Origin: an uncultured Gammaproteobacteria bacterium | GTDB taxonomy: Bacteria > Pseudomonadota > Gammaproteobacteria > JACCXJ01 | DNA length: 64,000 nucleotides | NCBI GenBank assembly: GCA_963764725.1 | Contig: CAVXTM010000018.1 | Span: 64,001-128,000 of the forward strand | Direction: 5' to 3' | Part shown: piece after piece, positions 35,294 to 46,230 of the stretch | Position numbering within the stretch: position 1 is the stretch's first letter | Layout: each line of letters begins with the position of its first letter | Notes under the pieces: generated by a model | Told to the model about the DNA's origin: nothing | The model's database searches: none | What the model saw: only the letters and a program-made list of their open reading frames with translations | Program-made: the position numbers and the translations under genes

Positions 35294-36412
35294 ATGGGGC
35301 AAAATACACGGGGCGCCACGAGTGATTCCAGTGAGCCGTATACACGCGACGCGGCGAGCACCCGGCCCATCGCGCTGTGGCTACTTTACTGCTGTGCCCT
35401 GATCGCCATCATGGTCCTGCTCGGCGGCGTCACGCGGCTCAGGCACGCCGGGCTCTCGATCGTCGAATGGCAACCTCTGACGGGCGTAGTACCGCCGCTC
35501 AGCGCGCCCGCGTGGGAGGATGCCTTCGCTCAATACCAACGCTATCCCGAATACCAAAAACTCAACCGGGGTATGACGCTAGCCGAGTTCAAATCCATAT
35601 TTTGGTTGGAATACCTGCACCGGCTCTGGGGGCGGCTCATCGGGATCGCGTTCCTCGTGCCGTGCCTTTATTTCGCGCTCCGCCGCCGGATTGGGCGCGC
35701 GCTCATTCCCAAGCTCGCCGTCCTATTCGCACTCGGCGGGCTTCAGGGTGCTCTCGGCTGGTATATGGTGAAGAGCGGCCTCGTGGATCGGCCTGATGTC
35801 AGCCAATATCGCCTGAGCGCCCATCTCGGTCTGGCGGCGTTGATCTATGGTTATATGCTCTGGGTGGCGTTCGGCCTCTTGCGCCCCCGGATTGCGGCCG
35901 AAGGAGCGTTACCGCGTTATTGCTTTGCCGTCCTCGGTCTCGTCTTCGCGACCCTGGTCTCGGGCGGCTTCGTGGCCGGACTCGACGCCGGATTCGCCTA
36001 CAACACCTTTCCGCTCATGCAAGGCCAGTGGCTCCCCAAAGGACTTTGGCACATGCAGCCGTTCTATCGAAACCTCTTCGAGAACCTCATCACCGTGCAG
36101 TTTATGCACCGCGTTCTGGCCCTCGCCAGCTTGCTGGCCGTCGGTCTCCTGTGGCTCGCGGCGCGCCGCTCGCACCTCCCGGCGCGCGCGCATCGGGCCT
36201 GCCACTGGCTCTTGGGCGCTTGCGCCTTGCAGATCACACTCGGGATCTCCACCTTGATCCTCGTGGTGCCGCTACCCCTCGCCTTGGCCCATCAGGCGGG
36301 GGCGCTGCTGCTCCTGACGATGGCCATATGGACGTTGCACGAGATGCACGGTCCCCCTTTCAGATCTCGATCTGTGTCCCCAGCTCTATTACCCGGTTCG
36401 TCGGGATCCTGA
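35294..36412 (+). CDS. Heme A synthase (COX15/CtaA)
   Basis: GGVTRL..AGLSIVEW, EYLHRLWGR, GWYMVKSG, AHQAGA. Confidence 0.92.
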   Translation: MGQNTRGATSDSSEPYTRDAASTRPIALWLLYCCALIAIMVLLGGVTRLRHAGLSIVEWQPLTGVVPPLSAPAWEDAFAQYQRYPEYQKLNRGMTLAEFKSIFWLEYLHRLWGRLIGIAFLVPCLYFALRRRIGRALIPKLAVLFALGGLQGALGWYMVKSGLVDRPDVSQYRLSAHLGLAALIYGYMLWVAFGLLRPRIAAEGALPRYCFAVLGLVFATLVSGGFVAGLDAGFAYNTFPLMQGQWLPKGLWHMQPFYRNLFENLITVQFMHRVLALASLLAVGLLWLAARRSHLPARAHRACHWLLGACALQITLGISTLILVVPLPLALAHQAGALLLLTMAIWTLHEMHGPPFRSRSVSPALLPGSSGS

Positions 36413-38231
36413 AGAAATCCATCGCGCTCGCCGCGTTGCGTGACATCGTGATGAAGAGCTTTTCCCGCCAGCGCGCCATGCCCGGCCTCATGGTGGGGAT
36501 CATGGTCTCGCGGCTCAAGAAATACGAGGTTTCGAGCTGATTGAACTCGAGGCCGAAGGGACGGCAGCGCGCCAAGGCTTTGGGGACATCGGGGTCGTCC
36601 TGGAATCCGTAGCGGACAATGATACGGTAAAAATTATTCGCAAGCGGCAGAACCTCGAGGCGGCGACCCTCCGTGACCCAGGGAATGTCCTCGGTGATCA
36701 CGGTCAAGAACACCACCCGTTCGTGCAGGACCTTGTTGTGGGCTAAGTTATGCAGTAAGGCATGGGGAGCGCCTTCGCGATTGGCCGTGAGGAAGACAGC
36801 AGTTCCGGGTACGCGGTGCGGCGCGCCCTCGGCGAAACCGTATAGCACCGATTCGAGGGCGATGGCCTCCTCGCGCAGGCGGTCGGCGAGCAACGCCCGC
36901 CCCCGTTTCCAGGTGGTGAGCAGAGTGAATACCCCCGCCGCCACCACGATCGGGACCCACCCTCCTTGGAAGATCTTGAGCGAATTGGCACCGAAAAAGG
37001 CGAGATCGATGCCAAGGAAGAACAGGGCGCCGATGACCGTGGCCAGCCAACTCCATCCCCATAAACCCCGGATCACTACGAAGGCCAGCACGGTATCGAT
37101 GGCCATGGTTCCGGTGACCGCGATGCCATAGGCCGCCGCCAGATTGCTCGACGATTCGAAGCCAAGCACCAAGCCCACGGTCCCGATCAGCAATCCCCAG
37201 TTGATGGCGGGGAGATAAATCTGGCCCATCTCGGCTGCCGAGGTGTGCACGACCCGTAACCGCGGACAATAGCCGAGCTGCATCGCCTGGCGCGTGATCG
37301 AAAACGCCCCCGAGATGACGGCTTGCGAAGCGATCACGGTAGCGGCGGTCGCCAATGCCACCAGCGGATAGAGCGCCCAAGAAGGGGCCAAGAGATAAAA
37401 CGGGTTTTGGGCGGCGCCGGGATCGCGCAGGAGCAACGCACCTTGACCGAAGTAGTTGATGAGGAGGGCGGGCAGCACAAACCCGAACCACGCGAAGCGG
37501 ATGGGGCGTTTGCCGAAATGCCCGAGATCGGCATACAAGGCCTCCCCGCCCGTGATGGCCAGCACCACGACGCCCAACGATAAAAATGCAGCGCGCGGGT
37601 GGCCGGCGAAGAATTGGAAGCCGTAGACCGGATTCAGCGCCCGAAGCACCCGGGGCTCGTCGATGATCGCCATCGCCCCGAGCGCCGCGAGGCTCAAAAA
37701 CCAAACGCACATGATGGGGCTGAAGGCCGCCGCCACGCGCGCCGTGCCCCGGCGCTGAAACATAAAGAGGGTGCAGAGCACGGCCAGGGTGATCGGGGTC
37801 ACATAGGGCGCGAGCGCTGTGGTTCCGACCTTGAGGCCCTCCACGGCGCTCAACACCGAGATGGCCGGCGTGATGATGCCATCGCCGTAAAACAGCGCCG
37901 CACCGAAGAGCCCGAGCAACATCAATAACCCGACCGGCCGCGATTCGCGCGACACCGTGCGCCTGACCAGGGCCATCAGCGCCATAATCCCCCCCTCACC
38001 GTTATTGTCGGCCTGCAGAATAAGCACCACGTATTTGAGCGAGACCACGATCAGCAAGGCCCAGACGATGAGAGACAAGATCCCGAGTACGTTGCCGTGC
38101 GTGACCGCGATCCCGTACGGGCCGCCGAACGCCTCCCGGATCGTGTACAAGGGACTGGTGCCGATGTCGCCGTAGACCACGCCGATGGCGCCCACGGCAA
38201 GGCTTGTGACGGTGTTACGCGGCGGCTGCAT
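36360..38231 (-). CDS. kup: Potassium transporter Kup
   Basis: GVVYGDIGTSPLY, TPAISVLSAVEG, GGEALYADLGHFG. Confidence 0.97.
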   Translation of the reverse strand: MQPPRNTVTSLAVGAIGVVYGDIGTSPLYTIREAFGGPYGIAVTHGNVLGILSLIVWALLIVVSLKYVVLILQADNNGEGGIMALMALVRRTVSRESRPVGLLMLLGLFGAALFYGDGIITPAISVLSAVEGLKVGTTALAPYVTPITLAVLCTLFMFQRRGTARVAAAFSPIMCVWFLSLAALGAMAIIDEPRVLRALNPVYGFQFFAGHPRAAFLSLGVVVLAITGGEALYADLGHFGKRPIRFAWFGFVLPALLINYFGQGALLLRDPGAAQNPFYLLAPSWALYPLVALATAATVIASQAVISGAFSITRQAMQLGYCPRLRVVHTSAAEMGQIYLPAINWGLLIGTVGLVLGFESSSNLAAAYGIAVTGTMAIDTVLAFVVIRGLWGWSWLATVIGALFFLGIDLAFFGANSLKIFQGGWVPIVVAAGVFTLLTTWKRGRALLADRLREEAIALESVLYGFAEGAPHRVPGTAVFLTANREGAPHALLHNLAHNKVLHERVVFLTVITEDIPWVTEGRRLEVLPLANNFYRIIVRYGFQDDPDVPKALARCRPFGLEFNQLETSYFLSRETMIPTMRPGMARWREKLFITMSRNAASAMDFFRIPTNRVIELGTQIEI

Positions 38232-38255
38232 CGGCGAGGAAATCGATACCGCGGG

Positions 38256-38894
38256 CTAGGGTAAAGGCAGAGCGCCGGATACAATGCGCTCGAGCGTCGC
38301 CACCAACAAGCGATGCTCGCAAGCCAAGACCCGCTCGGCAAGTGTCTTGACCGTATCCCCGAGCTCGACAGGCACCCGGCACTGGGCGAGGATCGGTCCG
38401 CAGTCGTATTCGGCATCCACCAGATGAATGCTCACCCCGGTCTCCGTCTCACCCGCCGCCAAGACCGCCGCGTGCACGCGATCCCCGTACATGCCCTGCC
38501 CGCCGAAGCGGGGCAACAAGGCAGGATGAATGTTGATCACCCGCCCTCGATAGTGCCCGAGCACCCGGGGACCGAGCCGTTTCATGTACCCTGCCAATAC
38601 CACGAGTCCGGCCTCGTGGCGCGTCAATGCCGTCAAAATCTCCATATCGAGCGCCACCGGATCGGGGTGGGTCCGCAGGCTCAGATGGTAATCCGGAATG
38701 CGCTCGCGGCGCGCCCGCAGCAAGGCTTCCGCATCCCCGTTGTTGCTGATGACCACGCGGGGCTCGGCCGCTAAGCGTCCGCTGTTGCAGGCGTCGATGA
38801 CTGCCTGCATGTTGCTTCCGCGATGGGATGCGAGCAACCCGAGCTGATTCAAGGGGGGTAGGCTCCCTGAACGGGGCACGCGGCGATCGATCAT
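38256..38894 (-). CDS. purN: Phosphoribosylglycinamide formyltransferase
   Basis: SHRGSN, LAGYMK, NIHPALLP.FGG, YDCGPI. Confidence 0.85.
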   Translation of the reverse strand: MIDRRVPRSGSLPPLNQLGLLASHRGSNMQAVIDACNSGRLAAEPRVVISNNGDAEALLRARRERIPDYHLSLRTHPDPVALDMEILTALTRHEAGLVVLAGYMKRLGPRVLGHYRGRVINIHPALLPRFGGQGMYGDRVHAAVLAAGETETGVSIHLVDAEYDCGPILAQCRVPVELGDTVKTLAERVLACEHRLLVATLERIVSGALPLP

Positions 38895-39436
38895 CGCCGG
38901 CGTTCGATTTGCGCTAAGATCTCCTCGTAGCTCCGATCCACGATGCCGCCAAAGAGCGGATCCTCGCTCGCTGCGGCGGCGGCCGTCAGTTCTTTCCAAT
39001 CTTCATCGCTCAGCACCGTGATTAACCTTGGAAATATATCGCTCTCCTCGCGCGCGGAATGTGCGCGACTGAGCGCGACGTATTCGTGGCCCAGCGTGCT
39101 GAGCTTATCCACGGAGGTGATCCCTCCGCCGACCACGCCCCGCACCAGATCGGAGAAGGCCTTACCCGTGTACCGCAAGCGCTCATGCTCCCCGATGAGC
39201 TCAGCGACCGGATCGCTGCTACCCGGATCGAGTTGAGCGAGCCGGGTAAAGATTCTGTCTTCCAAAGGATGATGGGCCACGTCCGGGTAGACGGCCATGT
39301 AGTCCATGATGTCCGCCATCAAGCGAAAGTTACCGTTCTCCCCGCGGTCAACGGTCTCGATCTCCGCATCGAGCAAGGCTAAGAGCTTGGAAAAATTATC
39401 ATGCTCGCCTTGCAGCCGCCGTATCAACTCAGACAT
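38891..39436 (-). CDS. Hemerythrin-like domain protein
   Basis: EH, HHPLED, EHE, H..REE..IFP. Confidence 0.8.
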   Translation of the reverse strand: MSELIRRLQGEHDNFSKLLALLDAEIETVDRGENGNFRLMADIMDYMAVYPDVAHHPLEDRIFTRLAQLDPGSSDPVAELIGEHERLRYTGKAFSDLVRGVVGGGITSVDKLSTLGHEYVALSRAHSAREESDIFPRLITVLSDEDWKELTAAAAASEDPLFGGIVDRSYEEILAQIERRR

Positions 39437-39507
39437 CCGCCCCTCCTCGGCCACTCTGATGTGAGTTACATTTACATTTCTAACGGGACATGCGTTTGGG
39501 CTCGCAC

Positions 39508-40782
39508 CTATAGCTTTACGGTGTACGTCCTCTGCACATAGTCATCCACCAACTGCTGGAATTCCTCGGCGATCCTCTCCCCGCGCAGGGTCAAGGCCTT
39601 TTGCCCATCGATGAAGACCGGCGCCGCGGGCGCCTCGCCGGTGCCGGGAAGGCTGATCCCGATGTTGGCGTGCTTGCTCTCGCCGGGTCCGTTGACCACG
39701 CAGCCCATGACCGCCAAGCTCATGTCTTCCACCCCCGAGTACTTTTCGCGCCAGAGGGGCATTTGAGCGCGGACATAGGACTGGATCTTGTCCGCTAGTT
39801 CTTGAAAAACGGTGCTCGTCGTACGCCCGCAGCCGGGACAGGCGGTCACCAGGGGCGTGAACGAACGCAAACCCATGGTTTGCAGGATCTCTTGTGCCAC
39901 GACTACTTCGGTGCTCCGCTCACCCCCAGGCTCAGGCGTGAGTGAGACGCGGATCGTATCGCCCACGCCTTGCTGAAGTAACATCGCCAAGGCCGCGGTC
40001 GAGGCCACGATCCCCTTCGAGCCCATCCCCGCCTCCGTCAGGCCCAGATGCAAGGCGTAATCGCAGCGCCGAGCGAGCTGCGTATACACGGCGATCAAAT
40101 CCTGTACGCCGCTGACCTTACACGAGAGCACGATATGATCTCGGCCGAGCCCAAGCGCCTCGGCGCGCCGGGCGCTGTCAAGGGCGGATACGATCAAAGC
40201 CTCCTGGGTGACTTCCCGCGCATCCCGCGGCTGCGCCAGCCGGGCGTTTTCGTCCATGAGGCGGGTTAGCAAGGCCCCGTCCAAGCTGCCCCAATTCACG
40301 CCGATCCGGACGGGCTTACCGTACTGCAGCGCAGCCTCGATCATGACGCTGAACTGTGGATCGCGCTTGGGTCCGAAGCCGACGTTACCCGGATTGATAC
40401 GGTACTTGGCCAAGGCCTGAGCGCAATCAGGATACTTCGTTAACAAGAGATGGCCGTTGTAATGGAAGTCACCGATGAGCGGCACGTGGCAGCCGGAGGC
40501 ATCCAGCATCCCGCGAATGCGGCCCACCTGGCGGGCTGCATCCTCGGTATTGACGGTGACGCGAACCAGCTCGGATCCGGCCGTGGCTAACTCCTGTACT
40601 TGCTTTACGGTCGCCACCGCATCGGCGGTGTCCGTGTTGGTCATCGACTGCACCACCACCGGCGCGCCGCCTCCGATGACGACCGATCCCACCTTAACAG
40701 CGACACTGCGCCGACGCGGCGAAGCCGCGTAGAGCCGCTGCCCGGAGGGCTCCGAGACAGGATTTTTAACGGGTTCTAGCAT
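39508..40782 (-). CDS. ispG: HMBPP synthase
   Basis: [38 protein letters not shown]. Confidence 0.97.
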   Translation of the reverse strand: MLEPVKNPVSEPSGQRLYAASPRRRSVAVKVGSVVIGGGAPVVVQSMTNTDTADAVATVKQVQELATAGSELVRVTVNTEDAARQVGRIRGMLDASGCHVPLIGDFHYNGHLLLTKYPDCAQALAKYRINPGNVGFGPKRDPQFSVMIEAALQYGKPVRIGVNWGSLDGALLTRLMDENARLAQPRDAREVTQEALIVSALDSARRAEALGLGRDHIVLSCKVSGVQDLIAVYTQLARRCDYALHLGLTEAGMGSKGIVASTAALAMLLQQGVGDTIRVSLTPEPGGERSTEVVVAQEILQTMGLRSFTPLVTACPGCGRTTSTVFQELADKIQSYVRAQMPLWREKYSGVEDMSLAVMGCVVNGPGESKHANIGISLPGTGEAPAAPVFIDGQKALTLRGERIAEEFQQLVDDYVQRTYTVKL

Positions 40783-40867
40783 GCGTCCCCCAGATATTCT
40801 AAATCTTGCGTTTAATGTTATCTTAGAAGTGTGAATGGGCGCAAAAGCGACTAGAGGAGGCTAACGC

Positions 40868-41320
40868 ATGGCTCGAGGTATTAACAAGGTGATTCTCATC
40901 GGTAATCTCGGTGCCGACCCCGAGGTCCGGTTCATGCCGAGCGGCCAAGCGGTGGCCAACGTGCGCTTGGCGACTAATGAAACCTGGCGCGATCGTGAGA
41001 CCGGGGAGAGCCAAGAACGCACCGAGTGGCATCGCGTGGTGTTCTTCGGCAAGCTCGCCGACATCGTCAAGGAATACCTGCATAAAGGCTCGCAGATCTT
41101 CGTCGAAGGGCGAATACAGACCAAGAAGTGGCAAGACAAGGACGGCCATGACCGGTACACGACCGAGATCATCGCGAACGAGATGCAGATGCTGGGCGCG
41201 CGTGGCGGGGGTACGGTGCCCTTCGAGAACGAACCTCCGGACGAGCGAGCGCCGGCGCCTTCCGCGTCTCCGGCAAGCCCAACGGCCCCCGCCGATCTCG
41301 ACGACGATATTCCATTTTAG
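40868..41320 (+). CDS. ssb: Single-stranded DNA-binding protein
   Basis: [21 protein letters not shown] tail. Confidence 0.98.
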   Translation: MARGINKVILIGNLGADPEVRFMPSGQAVANVRLATNETWRDRETGESQERTEWHRVVFFGKLADIVKEYLHKGSQIFVEGRIQTKKWQDKDGHDRYTTEIIANEMQMLGARGGGTVPFENEPPDERAPAPSASPASPTAPADLDDDIPF

Positions 41321-41359
41321 CGAGCGCTCGCGGCCGGAGGGGCCTATAGCACGGCGGAC

Positions 41360-41971
41360 GTGGACAGGTATGGAAGCTACGCTGAACTCTGCGCGTCCGA
41401 AATCGAAGGGCGCGACTACCGTGTGCACGTTCGGCTTGCGGATTCTCCATTTGCCGTGGTCGCTCCGCACGGCGGCCGCATCGAACGAGGCACCATGCCG
41501 ATCGCCGAGGCGATTGCCGGCAACGAGTACACGTATTATTGTTTTGAAGGGATCAAACCGCGCCGCAACTACTCCCTCCATATCACCAGCGATAATTTCG
41601 ATGAGCCGCGCGCCCTAGCCGCCGTCGAGCGCGCACGCACCGTCGTAACTATCCACGGCGCAGGCGGATCGGACCGTGTGGTTTATCTCGGGGGACTGGA
41701 TGGCGCGCTGCGCGCACGTTTAATTTCCGCGCTCGACGCATCGGGCTTCGCCGCGGCCGAGGACCCGAGCGCCACGCGCCAAGGCACCGGGAAGACCAAT
41801 ATCTGCAACCGCGGACGCTCGGGGCGAGGGGTACAAATCGAGCTGCCCGTCGGCCTTCGCAAGCAGATGTTTCACCAATCCGCGCCCGGACTATGGGGCC
41901 CGAACGCGCTATGCCACCGCTTCGTGGACAGCATACGCGCGGTGTTGAGCGAGTATGCGCAAGCATCCTAA
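41360..41971 (+). CDS. Poly-gamma-glutamate hydrolase family (DUF867-like)
   Basis: APHGGRIERGT, LHITS..FDEP, IHG, NICN, GVQIE. Confidence 0.8.
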   Translation: MDRYGSYAELCASEIEGRDYRVHVRLADSPFAVVAPHGGRIERGTMPIAEAIAGNEYTYYCFEGIKPRRNYSLHITSDNFDEPRALAAVERARTVVTIHGAGGSDRVVYLGGLDGALRARLISALDASGFAAAEDPSATRQGTGKTNICNRGRSGRGVQIELPVGLRKQMFHQSAPGLWGPNALCHRFVDSIRAVLSEYAQAS

Positions 41972-42021
41972 GCGTTTTTCCCCCGCGGTCCGAAGGACGC
42001 GATCCGATCTTTCACCCCGCG

Positions 42022-44169
42022 TCAGTCGAGTGGCCTCGGCATGGCGATCCCATAGCCCTGCGCATAGTTGACGCCGATGGCCTTGAGCAGATCGAGCGTC
42101 GCCGGGGTCTCAACACATTCCGCTATCGTGGTGATCCCCATCACGCTCCCGACTCGGTGTATGGCCTCGACCATGGCGCAGTCGATTTCATCCGTCAGCA
42201 TGTTTCTCACGAAACCGCCGTCGATCTTGAGGCAATCGACCGGCAGGCTCTTTAGGTAACTGAACGAGGCCAAGCCGCTGCCGAAATCGTCTAAGGCGAA
42301 GCAACAGCCGCGGGCGCTGAGGGCGCCCATAAAGCGCCTTGCGTTGCTGAGGTCGGCCACCGCCGCGGTTTCCGTGATCTCGAAACAAAGGCAGGGTGAC
42401 GGCCCGTCCCATCGATCCAATTCTCCGAGGACAAAGTCTAAGAAGGCCTCATCGCCCAGGGACGGCCCCGAGAGATTGATGGCAAAGCGGACACGGCATT
42501 GATCGGGGCCGCGCGCCCGCAGCACCGCCAGAACCTGCCGCACGACCCAGCGATCGACGGATTGGATCAGACCGTAGCGTTCCGCCGCTGGGATAAAGGC
42601 TTCCGCGGGCACGACGACCCCATCCTCATTGAGGAGCCGTATCAGTACTTCCGCGCGTTCGAACTCCGCCTCCCGTTCCCCCAAGGGCGCGATCGGCTGT
42701 TCGTACAACCGGCAGCGTCCCTCCGCAAAGGCACGGTGGATGCGCGGCACCCATTGCATCTCGCTATGGCGTAGCGCCAGGTTGCTGTCGTCGGCCTTAT
42801 AGACATGCACGCGATTGCGCCCCCTTTCCTTCGCGGCGTAACAGGCGCTGTCGGCGGCCATCAGCACCTGGGGCAGGCTATCCGCGGCGGCCGGGATCGG
42901 CACCAGACCGATGCTGACACCGACGGCGAAAATCCGATCCTGGCAAGTAAACCGTAAGTCACTCACCGCGCGCCGGAGATCATCGGCGATGCGCAGCGCT
43001 TGGGTCGCCGTGCAATACTCGAGCAGGACGCCAAACTCGTCGCCCCCGAAGCGCGCGAGGGTGTCGCGTTTGCGCACCTTGGATCGCAACTGCGTCGTGA
43101 TCTGGCGCAATAGATCATCGCCGGCGGCATGGCCGCACGTGTCGTTCACCACTTTGAACTGATCCAGATCCAGGTACAGCAGCGCATGCTGTGCGTCACT
43201 TGCATTAGTGCCGAGGACGCGTTCGAGGCGGCGTTCGAACTCATGGCGATTAATGAGCCCGGTCAATGCGTCGTGGGTCGCCTGGTAGGTCAAGCGCTCG
43301 AACATCTCGCGCGCGTCGCTGATATCGCGAAAAACGAACACGGCCCCGTAGAGTTTTCCCCCGCCATCCTGGATCGGGGTGACCGAAGCCGAGACCGCGA
43401 GCGCTACCTGATCGCGGCGTAACAGGATAGCGTGCTCGTCCACGGCGGTGCATAGCTCCCCGAGGCGGCCTTCCGCCAGCAATCGCGCCAGCGGTTCATC
43501 CGCGGCCGGCCGATGCGCGCGGATGATTTTCAGGACTTGCTGCAGCGGCAACCCCTGCGCCTCGGCCTCGCTCCAGCCCGTGAGCCGCTCGGCCTCGGAA
43601 TTTAACAAGCTGACGCGGCCCTCGACATCGGTGGTGATGACCCCTTCGCCGATCGAGGCGAGCGTCGCGCGATAGCACTCCTTTTGGCTCTCGATCTGCA
43701 GCATCTTGTCTTCGAGCTTGCGCACCAGACGCGAGTTGTACTCTTTGAGATAGACGGCATCGTCGGCCGGCGGTTCTTGCGGGCTCGCGAGCGCCCCGAC
43801 CGCCCCCTGCGTGATCACTTCCCGCAAGATCCCTATGAAGTTCTCGGGTTCCTGAGGCTTGATGATGAATCGCGCCGCCCCCAGGCTCAGCGCGAAAGCC
43901 TCGTCGCGCGGGTCGGTGTAGGTCGCCGTGTAAAAGACAAACGGGATCTGCCGGTAGCGGCCGTCGCCCTTCACGGCGCGACAGAGCTGAAAGCCGTCCA
44001 TGCGTGGCATGAGGATGTCGGAGACGACCAGGTCGAAGGGTTGCTCGGAAAGCCGCTCCAGAGCCTCGGTCCCATCGCTCGCCGAGCGCACCCGGTAGCC
44101 GCTGGCGGGCAGGAGCGTCTCCAGCAGATAGCGGTTTGCCTGGTTATCGTCGACGATCAGAATGTTCAT
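42022..44169 (-). CDS. REC-PAS-GGDEF-EAL protein
   Basis: ILIVDD, DILMP, GGDEF, EVLIR, DDFGSG. Confidence 0.93.
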   Translation of the reverse strand: MNILIVDDNQANRYLLETLLPASGYRVRSASDGTEALERLSEQPFDLVVSDILMPRMDGFQLCRAVKGDGRYRQIPFVFYTATYTDPRDEAFALSLGAARFIIKPQEPENFIGILREVITQGAVGALASPQEPPADDAVYLKEYNSRLVRKLEDKMLQIESQKECYRATLASIGEGVITTDVEGRVSLLNSEAERLTGWSEAEAQGLPLQQVLKIIRAHRPAADEPLARLLAEGRLGELCTAVDEHAILLRRDQVALAVSASVTPIQDGGGKLYGAVFVFRDISDAREMFERLTYQATHDALTGLINRHEFERRLERVLGTNASDAQHALLYLDLDQFKVVNDTCGHAAGDDLLRQITTQLRSKVRKRDTLARFGGDEFGVLLEYCTATQALRIADDLRRAVSDLRFTCQDRIFAVGVSIGLVPIPAAADSLPQVLMAADSACYAAKERGRNRVHVYKADDSNLALRHSEMQWVPRIHRAFAEGRCRLYEQPIAPLGEREAEFERAEVLIRLLNEDGVVVPAEAFIPAAERYGLIQSVDRWVVRQVLAVLRARGPDQCRVRFAINLSGPSLGDEAFLDFVLGELDRWDGPSPCLCFEITETAAVADLSNARRFMGALSARGCCFALDDFGSGLASFSYLKSLPVDCLKIDGGFVRNMLTDEIDCAMVEAIHRVGSVMGITTIAECVETPATLDLLKAIGVNYAQGYGIAMPRPLD

Positions 44170-44198
44170 GTCCCCCCCGCGGGCGGCCGGTTGCCGTT

Positions 44199-44561
44199 TT
44201 AAAGATACTGAGCTATCTGCGCTACAAAGGTCTCCGGAACAATGGGCTTCTCGATATACCCAGAACAACCGAGGCGAAGGGCCTTATCGCGATCGCCCAC
44301 CATGGCGTAGGAGCTGACGGCAACGATGGGAATTTGGGCGGTCTCGGGCAGAGACTTGATCCGTTGAATGGCCTCGTAGCCGTCCATCTCGGGCATGTGA
44401 ATATCCATCAGGATCAAGTCCGGGTGCTGCGCCTGGGCTTGCGCGATCGCCTCGAACCCGTCGCGCGCAATGATGACCTCATAGCCGTGCGTGCGCAGCA
44501 GAAATACCGACAGGTAACGGCTCTCATCGTTGTCCTCGGTTACCAGGATTTTCTTGCTCAT
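44199..44561 (-). CDS. Single-domain response regulator (DivK-like)
   Basis: EDN, LMDIHMP, KP. Confidence 0.9.
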   Translation of the reverse strand: MSKKILVTEDNDESRYLSVFLLRTHGYEVIIARDGFEAIAQAQAQHPDLILMDIHMPEMDGYEAIQRIKSLPETAQIPIVAVSSYAMVGDRDKALRLGCSGYIEKPIVPETFVAQIAQYL

Positions 44562-46210
44562 CTGTTTTCACCCACGCCGAGCGGTAGCGTCAAGGTAAAC
44601 CGCGAGCCCTTCCCGTATTCGCTCTCCGCCCGGATGTCTCCGCCCAAAAGCCCGGCCAGCCGGCGGCTCAGGTGCAGCCCGAGTCCCGCGCCTTCATAAC
44701 GGCGCCGGGCGGAGCCGTCCACCTGCCGGAAGGCCTCGAAGAGCAGCGCCATGTTCTCGGGCTTGATCCCGATCCCGGTGTCCGTCACATGGAATTCAAG
44801 CGCCTCGCCGCTGGCTACGCAACCGATGCGGACCTCCCCCTCTTCGGTGAATTTAACCCCGTTAGTGGCCAGATTCAACAAGATCTGAAAGATCCGCTTG
44901 CGGTCGCTCTGGACTTCGGGGAGCGGCGCGGGGATGTCGCTCACCAACTTGAGCGCCTTTCCGGCCACCGCGGGCGCCAAGCTCGCGATCACTTCCGCGA
45001 TGACTTCTTCGCACTGGAACGGCTCGCGCTGGAACTCCGCGCGGCCCGATTCTATCCGGGAGAGATCCAAGAGATCATTGATGAGCGTCAAGAGATGCTT
45101 GGCGGAGCCATAGACCATGGAGATCTGCTTGTGCTGCTCCGCGTTGAGCTCGCCGGCGATACCTTGCTTGAGGATCCCCGTGAACCCGATAATCGAGTTT
45201 AGCGGGGTCCGAAGCTCATGGCTCATGGTGGCCAGGAACTCGGACTTGAGCCGGTCGAGCTCCTTGAGCCGTTCGTTGGCTTCCTGCAACTCGCGGGTGC
45301 GCTCGGCGACCCGCGCCTCCAGATCCTCGCGCGCCGCTTCGAGCATCCGCCGCGCCTGCTCGTGCTGCGCAATCTCCAGAGCCAAGGCGGCCAGATCGGC
45401 GACGGACCCGGCAAAGTTTTGCTCATCCAGCGTCCAACGGCGCGCGGGGCCTATGTGTTCATGACAGACAATCCCGACAAGCTGAACTCCACGGCGCACC
45501 GGCGCATCCAGCATCGAAGTGATCCCCAAGGGCACGAGATAGTTGCTATCAAACTCTCTAGTGCGCGGATCGTTGCGGGCGTCATCGGCGGCCAGGGCCC
45601 AACATCCCCGTAGCGCCTGGAAATACGCGGGATACTCCGCCGCGCTGAGCTCTCCGCCCACGCTGTGCCGGTCTTGATCGCTTTCGTAGATCTCCAGGCA
45701 TTCCAGCTTGGACTGATCATCGCTGAACCTCCACACGCTGACGCGCGCCACGCCGAGCGTCCGAGCCGCCCGCTCGGTCAGCTCCTGCATCGCCCGCCGG
45801 AGATCCAAAAAACGAATGACCCGGTTACTCGTCAACGCCATGAGAGCAGCGTTCTGCCGTTCCAGGCGTGCTTCGCTCGCACGCAGAGATCGCTCCGAGT
45901 GTTCACGCTGCTCGATTTCCTGAGCGAGCGCCCCCGCCATTTCTTGACTCCTCCGCGTGCGCCGTAAGCTGGAACCCAAGAAACCGCTGGTCACGGCAAA
46001 CATCAGCAACAAGCCGATCACCACGGACCAGGCGGCCCATCGAAGGTGCGTCAACTCCCGCACCAGAAAAACCCCCAAACCCATGACTGCAAGTCCCAGG
46101 ACTACGGTGATGAGCAAAGGTGCATAGAGCCACCGGCCGGCGCGGCGCTCGCCAGCGGCGGACCCAGGCGAGTCGGCGGATGGCCCTGCCTGGTCGCGAG
46201 TCTTGCCCAT
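44558..46210 (-). CDS. Membrane GAF-histidine kinase
   Basis: 2 TM helices, GAF, SHELRTPL, DTGIG, GAGLGL. Confidence 0.92.
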   Translation of the reverse strand: MGKTRDQAGPSADSPGSAAGERRAGRWLYAPLLITVVLGLAVMGLGVFLVRELTHLRWAAWSVVIGLLLMFAVTSGFLGSSLRRTRRSQEMAGALAQEIEQREHSERSLRASEARLERQNAALMALTSNRVIRFLDLRRAMQELTERAARTLGVARVSVWRFSDDQSKLECLEIYESDQDRHSVGGELSAAEYPAYFQALRGCWALAADDARNDPRTREFDSNYLVPLGITSMLDAPVRRGVQLVGIVCHEHIGPARRWTLDEQNFAGSVADLAALALEIAQHEQARRMLEAAREDLEARVAERTRELQEANERLKELDRLKSEFLATMSHELRTPLNSIIGFTGILKQGIAGELNAEQHKQISMVYGSAKHLLTLINDLLDLSRIESGRAEFQREPFQCEEVIAEVIASLAPAVAGKALKLVSDIPAPLPEVQSDRKRIFQILLNLATNGVKFTEEGEVRIGCVASGEALEFHVTDTGIGIKPENMALLFEAFRQVDGSARRRYEGAGLGLHLSRRLAGLLGGDIRAESEYGKGSRFTLTLPLGVGENR

Positions 46211-46230
46211 GGGAGAACCGCGCTCCGCGG

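Noticed and set aside
40868-41971. Prophage around ssb and the PGA hydrolase
   Set aside because: No integrase, structural or lysis genes; ssb looks like the host copy
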